A stretch of 64,000 bases of DNA, from assembly GCA_000433535.1 (NCBI GenBank), contig FR892671.1, forward strand, positions 159,569 to 223,568, in the 5' to 3' direction. Below are positions 49,403 through 59,856 of this stretch, one piece after another (position 1 is the stretch's first letter; each line of letters opens with the position of its first letter). The notes beneath the pieces are model-generated. The model was given only the letters and a program-made list of their open reading frames with translations, ran no database searches and was not told where the DNA came from. This DNA comes from Dorea sp. CAG:317. Lineage in GTDB: Bacteria; Bacillota; Clostridia; Lachnospirales; Lachnospiraceae. Made by a program: the position numbers and the translations under genes.

Positions 49403-51487
49403 CTATGTCTCCTTTGTTTCAATCGGAAATGTTTCTTCGATTTCCTCTTCTTTTAACGTCACAGCGATCAACACCGAATGAGCTCCCATATTCACCACAA
49501 GCTCTCCGTCACAGATCAGATACTCCTCGTATTCCGTTGTATATCCCTTTTCACCGGAATAGATCAGGCGCTTCATCCTTCCCTTCACCGGAACCTCTGC
49601 TTTCCACACCGGCACAGTCACTTCTGTAAGTTCATCTTTATTGTTCAACACAACAACCAGCTGTTCTTCTCCCAGAAATCTTCCGTATGCGAGAAGGTGT
49701 TCTTCCCACAGAAGCATTTGCAACGCCCCTGTTCGAAATGCCTGATAAGTTTTGTGGATCTTGATCAGTTCCCTGTGGAATGCGATCATCTCCTTATCTT
49801 CTCTTCCCCACGGATATGTCCTCCGGTTATCCGGATCGGTAAAGCCACATACTCCGGCTTCATCCCCGTAATAGATCGTCGGGGAACCTATCCATGTCAT
49901 CTGAAATGCCGCTGCCTCTCTCATCACCGCCGGTTCAACAAATTCATTCGCCGCTTCCGGTCCGAGATGTTCCACACGCCCAACCACATGATTGGTTCTT
50001 GTAAGGAACCGGGAGTGGTCATGATTGGAAAGCTGGTTCATAGACGTCAAAAGGGACGGCACGAGCATATTTGCCATATGGTGTGACATAGCCCCCATAA
50101 AATGATCTGCATTTCCCCGAAGCTCTTCCCTCATTTCATCACTGTGCTTTTCCATACCTGTCAAAAACCATGTGATCGGCTCCATAAATGCATCATAATT
50201 CATAACCGTATCCCACTCGTCGCCCTGAAGCCATTCGCTTGGATCTCCATAATGTTCTGCCAGAATAATCGCGTTCGGATTCGCTTTTTTTACTACTTGT
50301 CGGAATTTCTTCCAGAAACGATGATTATATTCATTGCTCTGTCCAAGATCCGCAGCTACATCAAGACGCCATCCATCCACATTGTAGGGCGGAGACACCC
50401 ATTTCTTTCCAATACCCAGAATATAATTTTCTAATTTTACAGAATCTTCGTAATTTAATTTCGGAAGGGTATCGTGTCCCCACCACCCTTCATAATTCAC
50501 ATTATATGGCCAATTTTCCGGCGCATCTTTAAAAAACCGGAAATATTCCCGGTATGGACTTTTCTCTGAGATAAATGCACCCGTCTCATAACCGAGCTGA
50601 TTTTCGTAGATTCGTTCCCGGTCCATCCATTTATTGAAGGAACCACAGTGATTAAATACCCCGTCAAGAATAATCTTCATACCACGTTTGTGAAGTTCTT
50701 CTACCAGCCGGATAAACAAAGCATTGCTGGCTTCCAGATTTTTATAAGATGTTGTACGAATCTGATATTTTGTCGCCTCTGCATTATCTCCCACACCATC
50801 TTGCAGGAGCTCTCCGCCGTCTTCCTCCAACACACCTAAGTGCGGATCAATATAATCGTAGTCCTGTATATCGTATTTATGATTCGAAGGTGAGACGAAC
50901 AGCGGATTGAAGTAGACAACTTCCACGCCCAATTCCTGAAGATAATCCAGCTTGTCAATCACTCCTTTGATATCGCCGCCGTAAAATTCCCGCACCCCCA
51001 TTGATGCCGGATATTTCTCCCAGTCTGTCACACGGCTGCTATAATCACCAATGTAGAAATATTCATTTGTTTCCACATCGTTGGACGAATCACCATTACA
51101 GAAACGATCAATATAGATCTGGTACATCACCGCGCCCTTTGCCCAGTCCGGTGTAGAAAATCCGGGCACGATCCGAAACTCATAAAAAGGAACAATCTCC
51201 CCGGCTATTCCACATCGGTTATAATAACAGACTTCATCGCCCTCTTGGATCTCAAAGCAGTAACTAAAAGGCTCTTCATTCAATCTCCAGTCAATTTTAT
51301 AATAGTCAAAAGCTCCCCTGGAACACTCTTTTTCCATATCATATCCGCCGACTTTTGTCATAAGACGCACACGGACGGAGTCATCCTTGGCTGTACGGAA
51401 ACGCAGTGTCACCGTGGAATTGCATTCCGGCTCGATTGGAATCACATACTCGGTCGTTCCGTCACAAAACAAAGCCTCTTTGTTCAT
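49403..51487 (-). CDS. GH13 alpha-glucosidase (neopullulanase/cyclomaltodextrinase/maltogenic-amylase type)
   Basis: It is 694 aa. GH13 regions are present: DGVFNH, GWRLDVA and EHYGD. Confidence 0.9.
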   Translation of the reverse strand: MNKEALFCDGTTEYVIPIEPECNSTVTLRFRTAKDDSVRVRLMTKVGGYDMEKECSRGAFDYYKIDWRLNEEPFSYCFEIQEGDEVCYYNRCGIAGEIVPFYEFRIVPGFSTPDWAKGAVMYQIYIDRFCNGDSSNDVETNEYFYIGDYSSRVTDWEKYPASMGVREFYGGDIKGVIDKLDYLQELGVEVVYFNPLFVSPSNHKYDIQDYDYIDPHLGVLEEDGGELLQDGVGDNAEATKYQIRTTSYKNLEASNALFIRLVEELHKRGMKIILDGVFNHCGSFNKWMDRERIYENQLGYETGAFISEKSPYREYFRFFKDAPENWPYNVNYEGWWGHDTLPKLNYEDSVKLENYILGIGKKWVSPPYNVDGWRLDVAADLGQSNEYNHRFWKKFRQVVKKANPNAIILAEHYGDPSEWLQGDEWDTVMNYDAFMEPITWFLTGMEKHSDEMREELRGNADHFMGAMSHHMANMLVPSLLTSMNQLSNHDHSRFLTRTNHVVGRVEHLGPEAANEFVEPAVMREAAAFQMTWIGSPTIYYGDEAGVCGFTDPDNRRTYPWGREDKEMIAFHRELIKIHKTYQAFRTGALQMLLWEEHLLAYGRFLGEEQLVVVLNNKDELTEVTVPVWKAEVPVKGRMKRLIYSGEKGYTTEYEEYLICDGELVVNMGAHSVLIAVTLKEEEIEETFPIETKET

Positions 51488-51492
51488 GTATT

Positions 51493-53337
51493 CTATACAT
51501 CCTCTCTCTTTTCAAATAACGCTTCAAATTCTTCGCGGGTAATCTTCTCTTTTTCTAACAGGAGGTTCGCGCAGGCATGAAGAACATCTTCATGCTCTTT
51601 GATAATCGATCTTGCACGGCTGTAGCACTCATCAATGATCCGCTTTACTTCGCTGTCAATGACGGTTGCCATACTTTCTCCATATCCCCTTGAAGTGTGC
51701 GCAAGGTCCCGTCCGATAAACACTTCATCACTATCGTTATCGTAATTTACAAGACCTACTGCTTCTGACATACCGAATTTGGTCACCATGGACTTCGCAA
51801 GTCCGGTAGCCTGTTTAATATCCTGAGAAGCGCCTGTTGTAATATCATCAAACACTTCCTCTTCTGCCACACGTCCGCCAAGTGCTACCGTAATATTCTG
51901 CAGCATCTTGCCTTTTGTATTAAACATCTCATCCTTCTCCGGCAGCGGCATGGTATATCCGCCGGCACCGCCTGTCGGAATGATCGATACACTGTAAACC
52001 GGTCCCACATCAGGCAGTACATGGAATAAAATCGCATGACCGGCCTCGTGGAAGGCAGTAATTCGTTTCTCTTTTTCAGAAATAACGTGACTCTTTTTCT
52101 CCGCCCCGATACCCACTTTCACGAATGCTTTCTGCACATCTGCCTGTTTCAGATAAACTCGTTCATCCTTCGCCGCCAGAATCGCCGCCTCATTCAACAG
52201 GTTCTCCAGATCTGCTCCGGTAAATCCTGCCGTTGTCCGGGCAATCTGTCCAAGATCAATATCTTCACTGAGCGGTTTCCCTTTTGCATGTACCTTAAGA
52301 ATTTCTTCACGTCCCTGCACATCCGGTCTTCCAACCATTACCTTACGGTCAAATCTGCCCGGACGAAGAATGGCGCGATCCAGAATATCCACACGGTTCG
52401 TTGCCGCCATCACAATGATTCCTTCATTCACACCAAACCCATCCATCTCCACAAGGAGCTGGTTCAATGTCTGTTCTCTCTCATCATGACCGCCGCCCAT
52501 GCCGGTTCCTCTGCTTCTGGCAACCGCATCGATCTCATCAATAAAAATGATACAAGGCGCGTTTCTCTTCGCCTCTTCAAACAGGTCTCTTACGCGGGAT
52601 GCTCCCACTCCGACAAACATTTCTACAAAATCAGAACCTGAAATCGTAAAGAACGGTACTCCCGCCTCTCCTGCAACTGCTTTCGCAAGCAATGTCTTAC
52701 CGGTTCCCGGAGGTCCTACAAGAAGGATTCCTTTAGGAATTCTTGCGCCAACCTGAATATATTTTTTCGGAGACTTTAAAAAATCTACCACTTCTTCCAG
52801 TTCTTCTTTTTCTTCCTTAAGCCCTGCCACTTGTGCAAAGGTGATTTTTTTATCTTTCTCTGTGCTAAGCTTCGCACGGCTCTTTCCAAAGCTCATGGCC
52901 TTGGCATTCGCTCCGCCGCCCTGACGGTTCATCATGGAAAACAGGAAGAAAACGCCCGCCATCATAAGGAGCACAGGAAGGATTGTTGTGGTAAACCAAT
53001 TATCCTGCGGCGCATTCGGCAATTCATAATCTACGTCCCACTCCGCCAGATCTTCCTGAATCTGGTTTACGTCAGACACATAGTAATTCTTCACCTCACC
53101 GCGCTCTCCTTCTTCCGCCTTCAGTTCAATCTCCACCCGTCCGGTAGGAACATTCTTATTCTGAATCACGGTGACATTTTGAACCTGATCACTGGCGATC
53201 AGCTCTTCAAATTCTTTTCTCGAGAGCATATCTGCCCTCTCTCCAAGTGTATTGGTAAGCCAGAACATCGCAAACAACAAAATCACAAATGTTAAAAGTG
53301 TGAATCCGCCTACCCCTCTGTTTCTTCTATCCTCCAA
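51493..53337 (-). CDS. ftsH: ATP-dependent zinc metalloprotease FtsH
   Basis: AAA Walker A GPPGTGKT, the SRH region and the HEAGH zinc site are present. The probable TTG start has an AAAGGGG RBS 6 nt upstream. The ORF as listed starts with GTG at 53361. Confidence 0.9.
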   Translation of the reverse strand: MEDRRNRGVGGFTLLTFVILLFAMFWLTNTLGERADMLSRKEFEELIASDQVQNVTVIQNKNVPTGRVEIELKAEEGERGEVKNYYVSDVNQIQEDLAEWDVDYELPNAPQDNWFTTTILPVLLMMAGVFFLFSMMNRQGGGANAKAMSFGKSRAKLSTEKDKKITFAQVAGLKEEKEELEEVVDFLKSPKKYIQVGARIPKGILLVGPPGTGKTLLAKAVAGEAGVPFFTISGSDFVEMFVGVGASRVRDLFEEAKRNAPCIIFIDEIDAVARSRGTGMGGGHDEREQTLNQLLVEMDGFGVNEGIIVMAATNRVDILDRAILRPGRFDRKVMVGRPDVQGREEILKVHAKGKPLSEDIDLGQIARTTAGFTGADLENLLNEAAILAAKDERVYLKQADVQKAFVKVGIGAEKKSHVISEKEKRITAFHEAGHAILFHVLPDVGPVYSVSIIPTGGAGGYTMPLPEKDEMFNTKGKMLQNITVALGGRVAEEEVFDDITTGASQDIKQATGLAKSMVTKFGMSEAVGLVNYDNDSDEVFIGRDLAHTSRGYGESMATVIDSEVKRIIDECYSRARSIIKEHEDVLHACANLLLEKEKITREEFEALFEKREDV

Positions 53338-53350
53338 AGTTGTCCCCTTT

Positions 53351-53878
53351 CTACTCCACACCTTCTACAATGCCGATGTATGGAAGGTTTCTATATTTTT
53401 GCGCATAGTCAAGCCCGTATCCCACAACGAATTCATCCGGGATCTCAAAGCCTACGTAATCTACGTTTACATCTCTTACGCGTCGGTCCGGTTTATCTAA
53501 CAGTGTACAAAGATGCATGCTGTTTGGATTTCTCTTCTTCAGGATCTCTAACAGATAATAAAGTGTACGTCCGGAGTCGATGATATCCTCTACAACAAGG
53601 ACATCCTTTCCTTCTAATGTCTCATCCAGATCTTTTGCAATCTTTACTACCCCGCTTGATGAAGTTCCGTCACCGTAGCTGCTGACACTCATAAAGTCCA
53701 TAGATACCGGAACGGAAATTCTCTTTGCCAATTCGCACATAAAAAATACGCCGCCCTTTAATACACAGATCAAATGAATCTGCTTTCCTGCGTAATCTTT
53801 GCTGATCTGCTCACCAAGCTGCTTAATTCTTTCTTCTACCTGTTCTTCAGGAATCATTACTTTCACTGTCTCTGCCAT
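53351..53878 (-). CDS. hpt: Hypoxanthine-guanine phosphoribosyltransferase
   Basis: The PRPP motif [13 protein letters not shown] is present. A GGAGG RBS lies 8 nt upstream of the ATG (MAETVKV). Confidence 0.9.
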   Translation of the reverse strand: MAETVKVMIPEEQVEERIKQLGEQISKDYAGKQIHLICVLKGGVFFMCELAKRISVPVSMDFMSVSSYGDGTSSSGVVKIAKDLDETLEGKDVLVVEDIIDSGRTLYYLLEILKKRNPNSMHLCTLLDKPDRRVRDVNVDYVGFEIPDEFVVGYGLDYAQKYRNLPYIGIVEGVE

Positions 53879-55244
53879 TTTTCTTTCCTCCATAAAATGT
53901 AATTTCCAAAACGTGTTTTGTTCTGTCTGTTATCTGATATGTTTGATTCTGTCTGTATCCCACCACCCATAAAATATGGTGTCCGTCTGCCACAAGCCAT
54001 ATGTGGTCTCTTACTTCCTGCGGAATCTTCTCATTGACAAAATACTGCTTCAGCTTTTGCGTTCCCCCGGCTTCATTAATTGTAATATAATCTCCCGGCT
54101 GCCTGTGTCTGATTTCTACAGTATTGTTTATTATATCATAATCAAACCACTTCGTGTATACTTTTTCCGGAAATGTTTCCTCTTCCGGACGGTACTCAAA
54201 CACTCGCATATGATATAGCTTCCCCGGCTCCTCTTCTTCTGCACAATGATTTTCTTCTTCCACAGAACCATTGCTGCTCGTCAACACGATCCCTTCATAG
54301 CATCGCCGGGCGGTCATTCCATATGGAAGGTGAAGCATTCTTCCCGTCTGCCGGTCAAACAATTCTGCCAGCGCCTCTATATGCACAGCCTGAAGATCTT
54401 TCTTCCTTCCCGCTATCCGGCATAATACAAGCTGAAGTACATAATTTCTCAACTCCTCCGGCACTTGCCTGTAAGCCTCTTCTTTCAGCATCACACCGCC
54501 TGAGACTTCCGATACACATTCCCCTGCATATCGTTCCACTTCCCTTTCCACATATGCTTTCACCCCGGTCATTTCTTCCATTGTGCGTGCCATATGCTGT
54601 ACACTCTCGCGGTTAATATATTGTTCCAGATAAGGCAGAATCTTCTGCCGGATTCGATTTCTCGTATAGCGGATGTCCAGATTGGTCTCATCTGTACAAT
54701 AAGATATTCCCCGTTTTTCCAAGTATGATTCAATCTCTTTTCGATCCACACACAAAAGCGGATGAATCCACGGTCCATCTGCCGGAGCAATACCTGCAAG
54801 TCCTGCAAGCCCCGTCCCTCGGCACAGATGAAAGATCAGCGTCTCGACATTGTCGTTTCTATGATGCGCAAGCGCAATCTTCGTGCCTCCCCACAGTTCC
54901 ATCTGTCGAAGAAAGGCGAATCTTCTTACTTCTCTTCCTGCTTCTTCCTCTGTCAATTTATGTTTTTCGGCATACTTCGGCACATCTTCCTTATATACAA
55001 CAAGATCTACGCCCTGCTCTTTACATACCGTTTCTACATACTCTTGATCCGAATCTGCATCCGCCCCTCGAATCTGGTGGTTTACATGTACTGCCCGAAG
55101 CTCAAACCCCAGTTCTTTTTGAAGTTCTAAGAGCACAAAAAGCAGGCATATGGAATCCGCTCCTCCCGATACACCTGCTAATACCCTGTCTGTTTTCTCA
55201 ATCATGTGCTGATCCTGCACATATTTTCTCACTTTTTGATCCAT
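53847..55244 (-). CDS. tilS: tRNA(Ile)-lysidine synthetase
   Basis: The PP-loop SGGADS is present. It is 465 aa and lies next to hpt and ftsH. Confidence 0.9.
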   Translation of the reverse strand: MDQKVRKYVQDQHMIEKTDRVLAGVSGGADSICLLFVLLELQKELGFELRAVHVNHQIRGADADSDQEYVETVCKEQGVDLVVYKEDVPKYAEKHKLTEEEAGREVRRFAFLRQMELWGGTKIALAHHRNDNVETLIFHLCRGTGLAGLAGIAPADGPWIHPLLCVDRKEIESYLEKRGISYCTDETNLDIRYTRNRIRQKILPYLEQYINRESVQHMARTMEEMTGVKAYVEREVERYAGECVSEVSGGVMLKEEAYRQVPEELRNYVLQLVLCRIAGRKKDLQAVHIEALAELFDRQTGRMLHLPYGMTARRCYEGIVLTSSNGSVEEENHCAEEEEPGKLYHMRVFEYRPEEETFPEKVYTKWFDYDIINNTVEIRHRQPGDYITINEAGGTQKLKQYFVNEKIPQEVRDHIWLVADGHHILWVVGYRQNQTYQITDRTKHVLEITFYGGKKNGRDSESNDS

Positions 55245-55389
55245 ATATATCCCTTAAAATTCTACATTTCTGTCATGCAAGGCGCAAACTACCCGTCAAA
55301 CGGTTTCGCGCTTCCGCCTTCCAGCGCATCTTAATCTGATTCTAAGACACTCTAAATATATATAATCTGGCTCAAAAAAGCAAGGACTC

Positions 55390-56793
55390 TTACAATTTCC
55401 AAATTCCCGCGGTCACGATCGTCATATCATCGGCGGGATTTTCTCCGCTTTGCTCCAACACCTTTCCGAGAAGATAATGCGCCAGTTCTTTCGGGTTCAC
55501 AATATCGGTTCCTTCGATGAATGCACACATCAGAGTATCCTGTTCTCCGGCAGGAAGTGCATCCATCACTCCATCGGTCACCATGATCACATAGTCCCCG
55601 GAAGAAAGCACGCGCGTATCCGTCTGGATCTCAATATCCTGCAGCACTCCGATGGGAAGTGTTGTGGAACTTATCTTTTCCACCTTTCCATTTTGCTTCA
55701 CGAACGTGGCAGACGCTCCGGCTTTTACAAATTCGCACTCTCCAGTATACAGATCAAAGATCGCCGCATCTATCGTAGAAAACCGGACATCTTCCCTTCC
55801 AATGACTAATGCCGTATTCATCATCTGAATCGCCATTTTCACCGGAAATCCTGCCTCCAGAAGCTCCTCCAGCATTTCCACTACCATTGTGCTTTCCTTG
55901 AATGCTTCCTCTCCGGAGCCCATACCATCGGACAGTGCCACCCCTTTTTTCCCTCCCGGGAGATCCGTCATAAGAAACGTATCTCCTGAGATCTTATCAC
56001 AATCTTTCCCAATTCTTGCCACTCCCTGAAGCGTATGATATCTTGCGCCCTCCACGCATGCCACGGTACTGTAATCTTCCCCCAGAATCGGGCGCTCTCC
56101 CTGCTGTGGCATCATCACCCTTCCGACGCATTTGCCCACCTCTGCCGCCAGTTCTTTCGTCACAATGCAATGCCCCTTCATTGCCTTCACAGTCAAATGG
56201 ATCTCATACTTTCCCTGCGGTGTAAGGTAAAATACGGAAGACATCATTTTAACGCCGTGCTTTTTCAAATGATTTTTCAGCTTCTTTTCCAAATGACTGT
56301 CCTCAAAAATACCCGCATCCAGTTCTCTTGTCGTATACTGGATCATTTTTGCAAAGCTTTTCATCTGACCTGCATAGCCTTCCCTGTTCTTCACTATTTT
56401 GTTATTCCAGAGCATCACTTGCTTAGCGCTTTCATAGCGCTCCAAAGTCTCCCGCAAGAACCTCGGCGCTCTCAGACACTGCTTCTGCATTTTCCGTTTT
56501 AACTCTACATTAATCTCCGCCCCATACTCTTCTACTGTGCACAACACGTCGCACATCATCTGGTACGCTGCAAGCCGCTCTGCCGCCAGACAGATTCCTT
56601 TTTTTTCACAGCCCTCGCACACACTTCCGGTCACATCCCGAAACATATTTTCAAGCTCTTCTTCTGACAAAGCGCCTTTATATCCTTCCAGTGTAAAAAA
56701 TGTTTTTGACAGATGGATCAGCGAATCCGCAAACTTGTCCATCTGCATCACATACGGATTCAAAAAAACCCCTTTTTCTTTTACTTTGTCCAT
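55390..56793 (-). CDS. SpoIIE-like PP2C phosphatase lacking the N-terminal polytopic membrane domain
   Basis: A C-terminal PP2C/SpoIIE fold is present (GDTFLMTDLPGG...SDGMGSG...DGVMD). It sits in the spoIIE position between divIC and tilS. No TM segments are evident. A Cys-rich stretch near the N-terminus reads CEGCEKKGIC. Confidence 0.65.
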   Translation of the reverse strand: MDKVKEKGVFLNPYVMQMDKFADSLIHLSKTFFTLEGYKGALSEEELENMFRDVTGSVCEGCEKKGICLAAERLAAYQMMCDVLCTVEEYGAEINVELKRKMQKQCLRAPRFLRETLERYESAKQVMLWNNKIVKNREGYAGQMKSFAKMIQYTTRELDAGIFEDSHLEKKLKNHLKKHGVKMMSSVFYLTPQGKYEIHLTVKAMKGHCIVTKELAAEVGKCVGRVMMPQQGERPILGEDYSTVACVEGARYHTLQGVARIGKDCDKISGDTFLMTDLPGGKKGVALSDGMGSGEEAFKESTMVVEMLEELLEAGFPVKMAIQMMNTALVIGREDVRFSTIDAAIFDLYTGECEFVKAGASATFVKQNGKVEKISSTTLPIGVLQDIEIQTDTRVLSSGDYVIMVTDGVMDALPAGEQDTLMCAFIEGTDIVNPKELAHYLLGKVLEQSGENPADDMTIVTAGIWKL

Positions 56794-56849
56794 GACGGTC
56801 TCCCCTTTATTCTGTTTTTCTACCATGTCAGATAGAAACCAAATGTCCG

Positions 56850-56888
56850 ATAATAATAAAAAGCTTTAGGATCTTCATCCTAAAGCTT
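56850..56888 (-). terminator. Terminator after divIC
   Basis: A hairpin gctttaggat-cttc-atcctaaagc is followed on the minus strand by tttttattatt. Confidence 0.5.
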
Positions 56889-56913
56889 GTCATCTGTACA
56901 TTTTAATATTCAA

Positions 56914-57237
56914 TTATTTCCCTTTGAATATGATTTCATTTTCATGCACCAGTCCTAATTTTTCTCTGGCAACTTCCTCCACATATTCGTCTGTATTTAC
57001 ATAACTCTCCAGATTGTCAATCTCTGCAGCGCGTTCTTCTTCCTCTTTCAGCTGCTCTTCAAGCTCTGTTTCCTGCGCCCGGTAAGCTTTTTCTTTCGCA
57101 CGCAAGGTCATTGCATTGACAGAAACTACGGCAATCAGCAGTACAATAACGGCACTGATCGCAAGCACGCTTCTCTTATGTGTCTGTAAATAACTCTTAT
57201 TACGCCTTACACGGCTTCTCTTTTTCGTCTTACTCAT
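56914..57237 (-). CDS. divIC: Septum formation initiator (DivIC/FtsB family)
   Basis: It is 107 aa with a basic N-terminus, a single TM segment and a coiled coil. Confidence 0.75.
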   Translation of the reverse strand: MSKTKKRSRVRRNKSYLQTHKRSVLAISAVIVLLIAVVSVNAMTLRAKEKAYRAQETELEEQLKEEEERAAEIDNLESYVNTDEYVEEVAREKLGLVHENEIIFKGK

Positions 57238-57284
57238 AATTATATACTCACCCTTACATCCGTCCCCAACGGATTTTAATCTTA

Positions 57285-57650
57285 CTAATTATGATATCTT
57301 TTTTTATTTTTTTTCGCAAGAAAACGAAAAGATTTTTTTTGATTTCGGGTGTAGATTTTTTTGTACACTTTTTCAGCTTTCCACAGAGCAAACGAAGAAA
57401 TAACCGCCCCAAACACAACACCTAGTACGAAATGCCACCTGATACTTCCAGAAGTTGTATGGTAAATTTGCACAAACAAAAACAGCGCCGAGAAGATCCA
57501 GAACAAAAAATCCTCTATTTCTATTGCCAGAAGGTTATGGCGCACAATCTGCCTGACACAGTGCAGAAATCGATAAGACAGCCTGACAATCCCTCCGGAA
57601 ACCACTGCCAGTAAAAAGATAATGAGTTCTTCTTTTACTTCCATCATCAT
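57285..57650 (-). CDS. yabQ: Spore cortex biosynthesis protein YabQ-like
   Basis: It is a 121-aa membrane protein downstream of yabP. Confidence 0.6.
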   Translation of the reverse strand: MMMEVKEELIIFLLAVVSGGIVRLSYRFLHCVRQIVRHNLLAIEIEDFLFWIFSALFLFVQIYHTTSGSIRWHFVLGVVFGAVISSFALWKAEKVYKKIYTRNQKKSFRFLAKKNKKRYHN

Positions 57651-57652
57651 GT

Positions 57653-57937
57653 TTAACGAAACAGTTTAGAGAATAGATTTTCTCCCTGCTTTGCCCCCGT
57701 ATGTACTTCCGAATAAGAAACACTGTCAATATTTCCGGACAGATCAACCTCTCCCTTTTCAAGGCTCAAACGGTTTACGTGAAGATCCGTCCCTTTTACC
57801 CTCATCATCCCCTGCTGCGTTTCCAGCAAAATCTCATTAAGATCAAAGGAAAGCACGTCTATGACCCCGGTCACCAGACTCGTTTTTCGGTTATTTACGA
57901 CCAGTTTATGATTTTTCTGTGTCGTTCTCTCTTCCAT
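57653..57937 (-). CDS. yabP: Sporulation protein YabP
   Basis: It is 94 aa with a YabP-family beta-rich sequence. Confidence 0.75.
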   Translation of the reverse strand: MEERTTQKNHKLVVNNRKTSLVTGVIDVLSFDLNEILLETQQGMMRVKGTDLHVNRLSLEKGEVDLSGNIDSVSYSEVHTGAKQGENLFSKLFR

Positions 57938-57985
57938 GCAATCACAACCTTTCTTAATAATTATATGAATGGTTGTGTGATTCTA

Positions 57986-58225
57986 TTACAAATATCTGAA
58001 CAAGTCTTTTGCTTCTTCTTTTTTCGTTGTATCCTGAAGATCAAGCACTTCCACTTTCACAGTCTTTGTGCCGAATTGAATTTCGATCACATCGCCGACC
58101 TTTACTTTTACAGATGCTTTTGCCACATTTCCATTGACAAGAACACGCCCTGCATCACACGCTTCATTTGCCACTGTCCGCCTCTTGATCAGGCGGGATA
58201 CTTTTAAAAATTTATCCAGTCTCAT
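57986..58225 (-). CDS. S4-domain RNA-binding protein (YabO/Hsp15-like)
   Basis: It is 79 aa and has the S4 motif MRLDKFLKVSRLIKRR. Confidence 0.8.
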   Translation of the reverse strand: MRLDKFLKVSRLIKRRTVANEACDAGRVLVNGNVAKASVKVKVGDVIEIQFGTKTVKVEVLDLQDTTKKEEAKDLFRYL

Positions 58226-58300
58226 TAAAATTTCTCCTTAATACAAAAGTAGAGAACCTGCAAGAAAGGCTCTCTACTATCATCTTCTTATTCGTTCAAC

Positions 58301-58576
58301 TTATGCGTTTACAGCATCTTTTAATGCTTTACCAGCTTTAAATCTTGGAGCTTTGCAAGCCTCGATCTTCATTGTCTTACCTGTCTGAGGATTTCTTCCC
58401 TCTCTTGCAGCTCTCTTACTTACTTCAAAAGTTCCGAAACCAACTAACTGGATCTTCTCTTCTTTCTTAAGCTCTGCTGTTACTACATCAACAAAAGCTT
58501 TTAATGCCTTTTCAGAGTCTTTCTTAGATAATTCTGCTTTCTCAGCAATAGCTGCAACTAATTCTGTTTTGTTCAT
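58301..58576 (-). CDS. hup: DNA-binding protein HU
   Basis: It is 91 aa and has the HU signature GFGTFEV...RNPQTG. Confidence 0.9.
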   Translation of the reverse strand: MNKTELVAAIAEKAELSKKDSEKALKAFVDVVTAELKKEEKIQLVGFGTFEVSKRAAREGRNPQTGKTMKIEACKAPRFKAGKALKDAVNA

Positions 58577-58772
58577 GGATAATTTCCTCCTCTTGTTTGA
58601 CTATAGAACTTTATATTATATCCATCGGATATCGGACATGTTCTCTTTCTTCCGCCCTTAGTTACTGTTATACCTTTTTTCCCTATATTTGTCAAGGTAC
58701 TTTTCTTACAAACGCCCTGTTTTCAAGGCTTTTCACAGATTTTTTACCTTTCGGATTCTGTATTCTGACATT

Positions 58773-59774
58773 TTACAGGCGGAAATCAAACACGGTCTCC
58801 AAAAATCTTTTCTTCTCTCCCGTCTGTCTGATCGAAAGCTTTAATTTCTCAATACTTTTCGAAGAAATCCACGCCTTATTTGAATGGTAATAGGCACTTG
58901 CCGTTTTCCAGAATTTTTCCGGATAGGCAAGCCGAAGCTTCATATATTCTATCTCCGCTCCGGTCAGCGGTCGGATTGCCGAATAAGCATTAAGCATATT
59001 ATCTCCGAGACGTTCCTTCCACCCGTGCTTTTCCATTACCTTCCTGAGAAAATAATACAGGTCTTCTACTTGAATATCCCTCTTGAACTTATCAAAATTC
59101 GTAGTCGCCTCTATATGCGAATGTGTCCCTTCCGTCTGCATCAGTACGTTATGATAATTATATTCCCCGTGAGTCACACAATATTCTTCCATACTTTTCT
59201 CGTAGAGCGCTTCATACCCGGATGTCCCCAGCATCGATTCTGCCGCATCCGCCCATTGATACATCTGATCAAAGCATTTCAGAAAAGCATATTCAAACTC
59301 CCCTTTCGGCGTTTGATTTCGTATGAACTTGCGCACCTTTTTCAGTTCACGGTCATGTCGCAGATACAATTGCTGCAGGGGCTCCGCTGTCGCCACATCA
59401 CCGGACAGCTCCCGTCTCATAACGCCGTGGAGTTTCGCCAGATTCCCCGCAGCCTCCAATATATCTGCCGTTCTTCTGACGTCACACTCCCGTCCCGAAA
59501 ACCACCGTTTTACAATATATCGGCTTCCGTCCTCGGTACGGGAGATATACTCGTCTTCTTTATTTAAAATAATAGAATCCACATGATCATATCCCTGTTC
59601 CTTAAGATGCTCATACAATTCACACAATGCCGGAAGCCGGCTCTCGGACATCTGCACCTCTTTTAAAAGGAATACCCCCTGCTTCGTATCACATAATATA
59701 GCTCCCCTTGTTTTCCGGGTACTGTTTACTTCTAAATTATATTGTTCTAATATACTTTGTTCATAATCCTGCAT
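58773..59774 (-). CDS. CotS/YutH-family spore-coat-type kinase-like protein (phosphotransferase fold)
   Basis: It is 333 aa with an aminoglycoside-phosphotransferase-like His/Asp region (VTHGEYNYHNVL). Confidence 0.55.
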   Translation of the reverse strand: MQDYEQSILEQYNLEVNSTRKTRGAILCDTKQGVFLLKEVQMSESRLPALCELYEHLKEQGYDHVDSIILNKEDEYISRTEDGSRYIVKRWFSGRECDVRRTADILEAAGNLAKLHGVMRRELSGDVATAEPLQQLYLRHDRELKKVRKFIRNQTPKGEFEYAFLKCFDQMYQWADAAESMLGTSGYEALYEKSMEEYCVTHGEYNYHNVLMQTEGTHSHIEATTNFDKFKRDIQVEDLYYFLRKVMEKHGWKERLGDNMLNAYSAIRPLTGAEIEYMKLRLAYPEKFWKTASAYYHSNKAWISSKSIEKLKLSIRQTGEKKRFLETVFDFRL

Positions 59775-59856
59775 ACTTTCAATCCCCTGTACTTACATAT
59801 TCTCTCTAACAATATGTATGCACAGGGGATTTTATGCCTTTATGCCTCCGGCAGAC

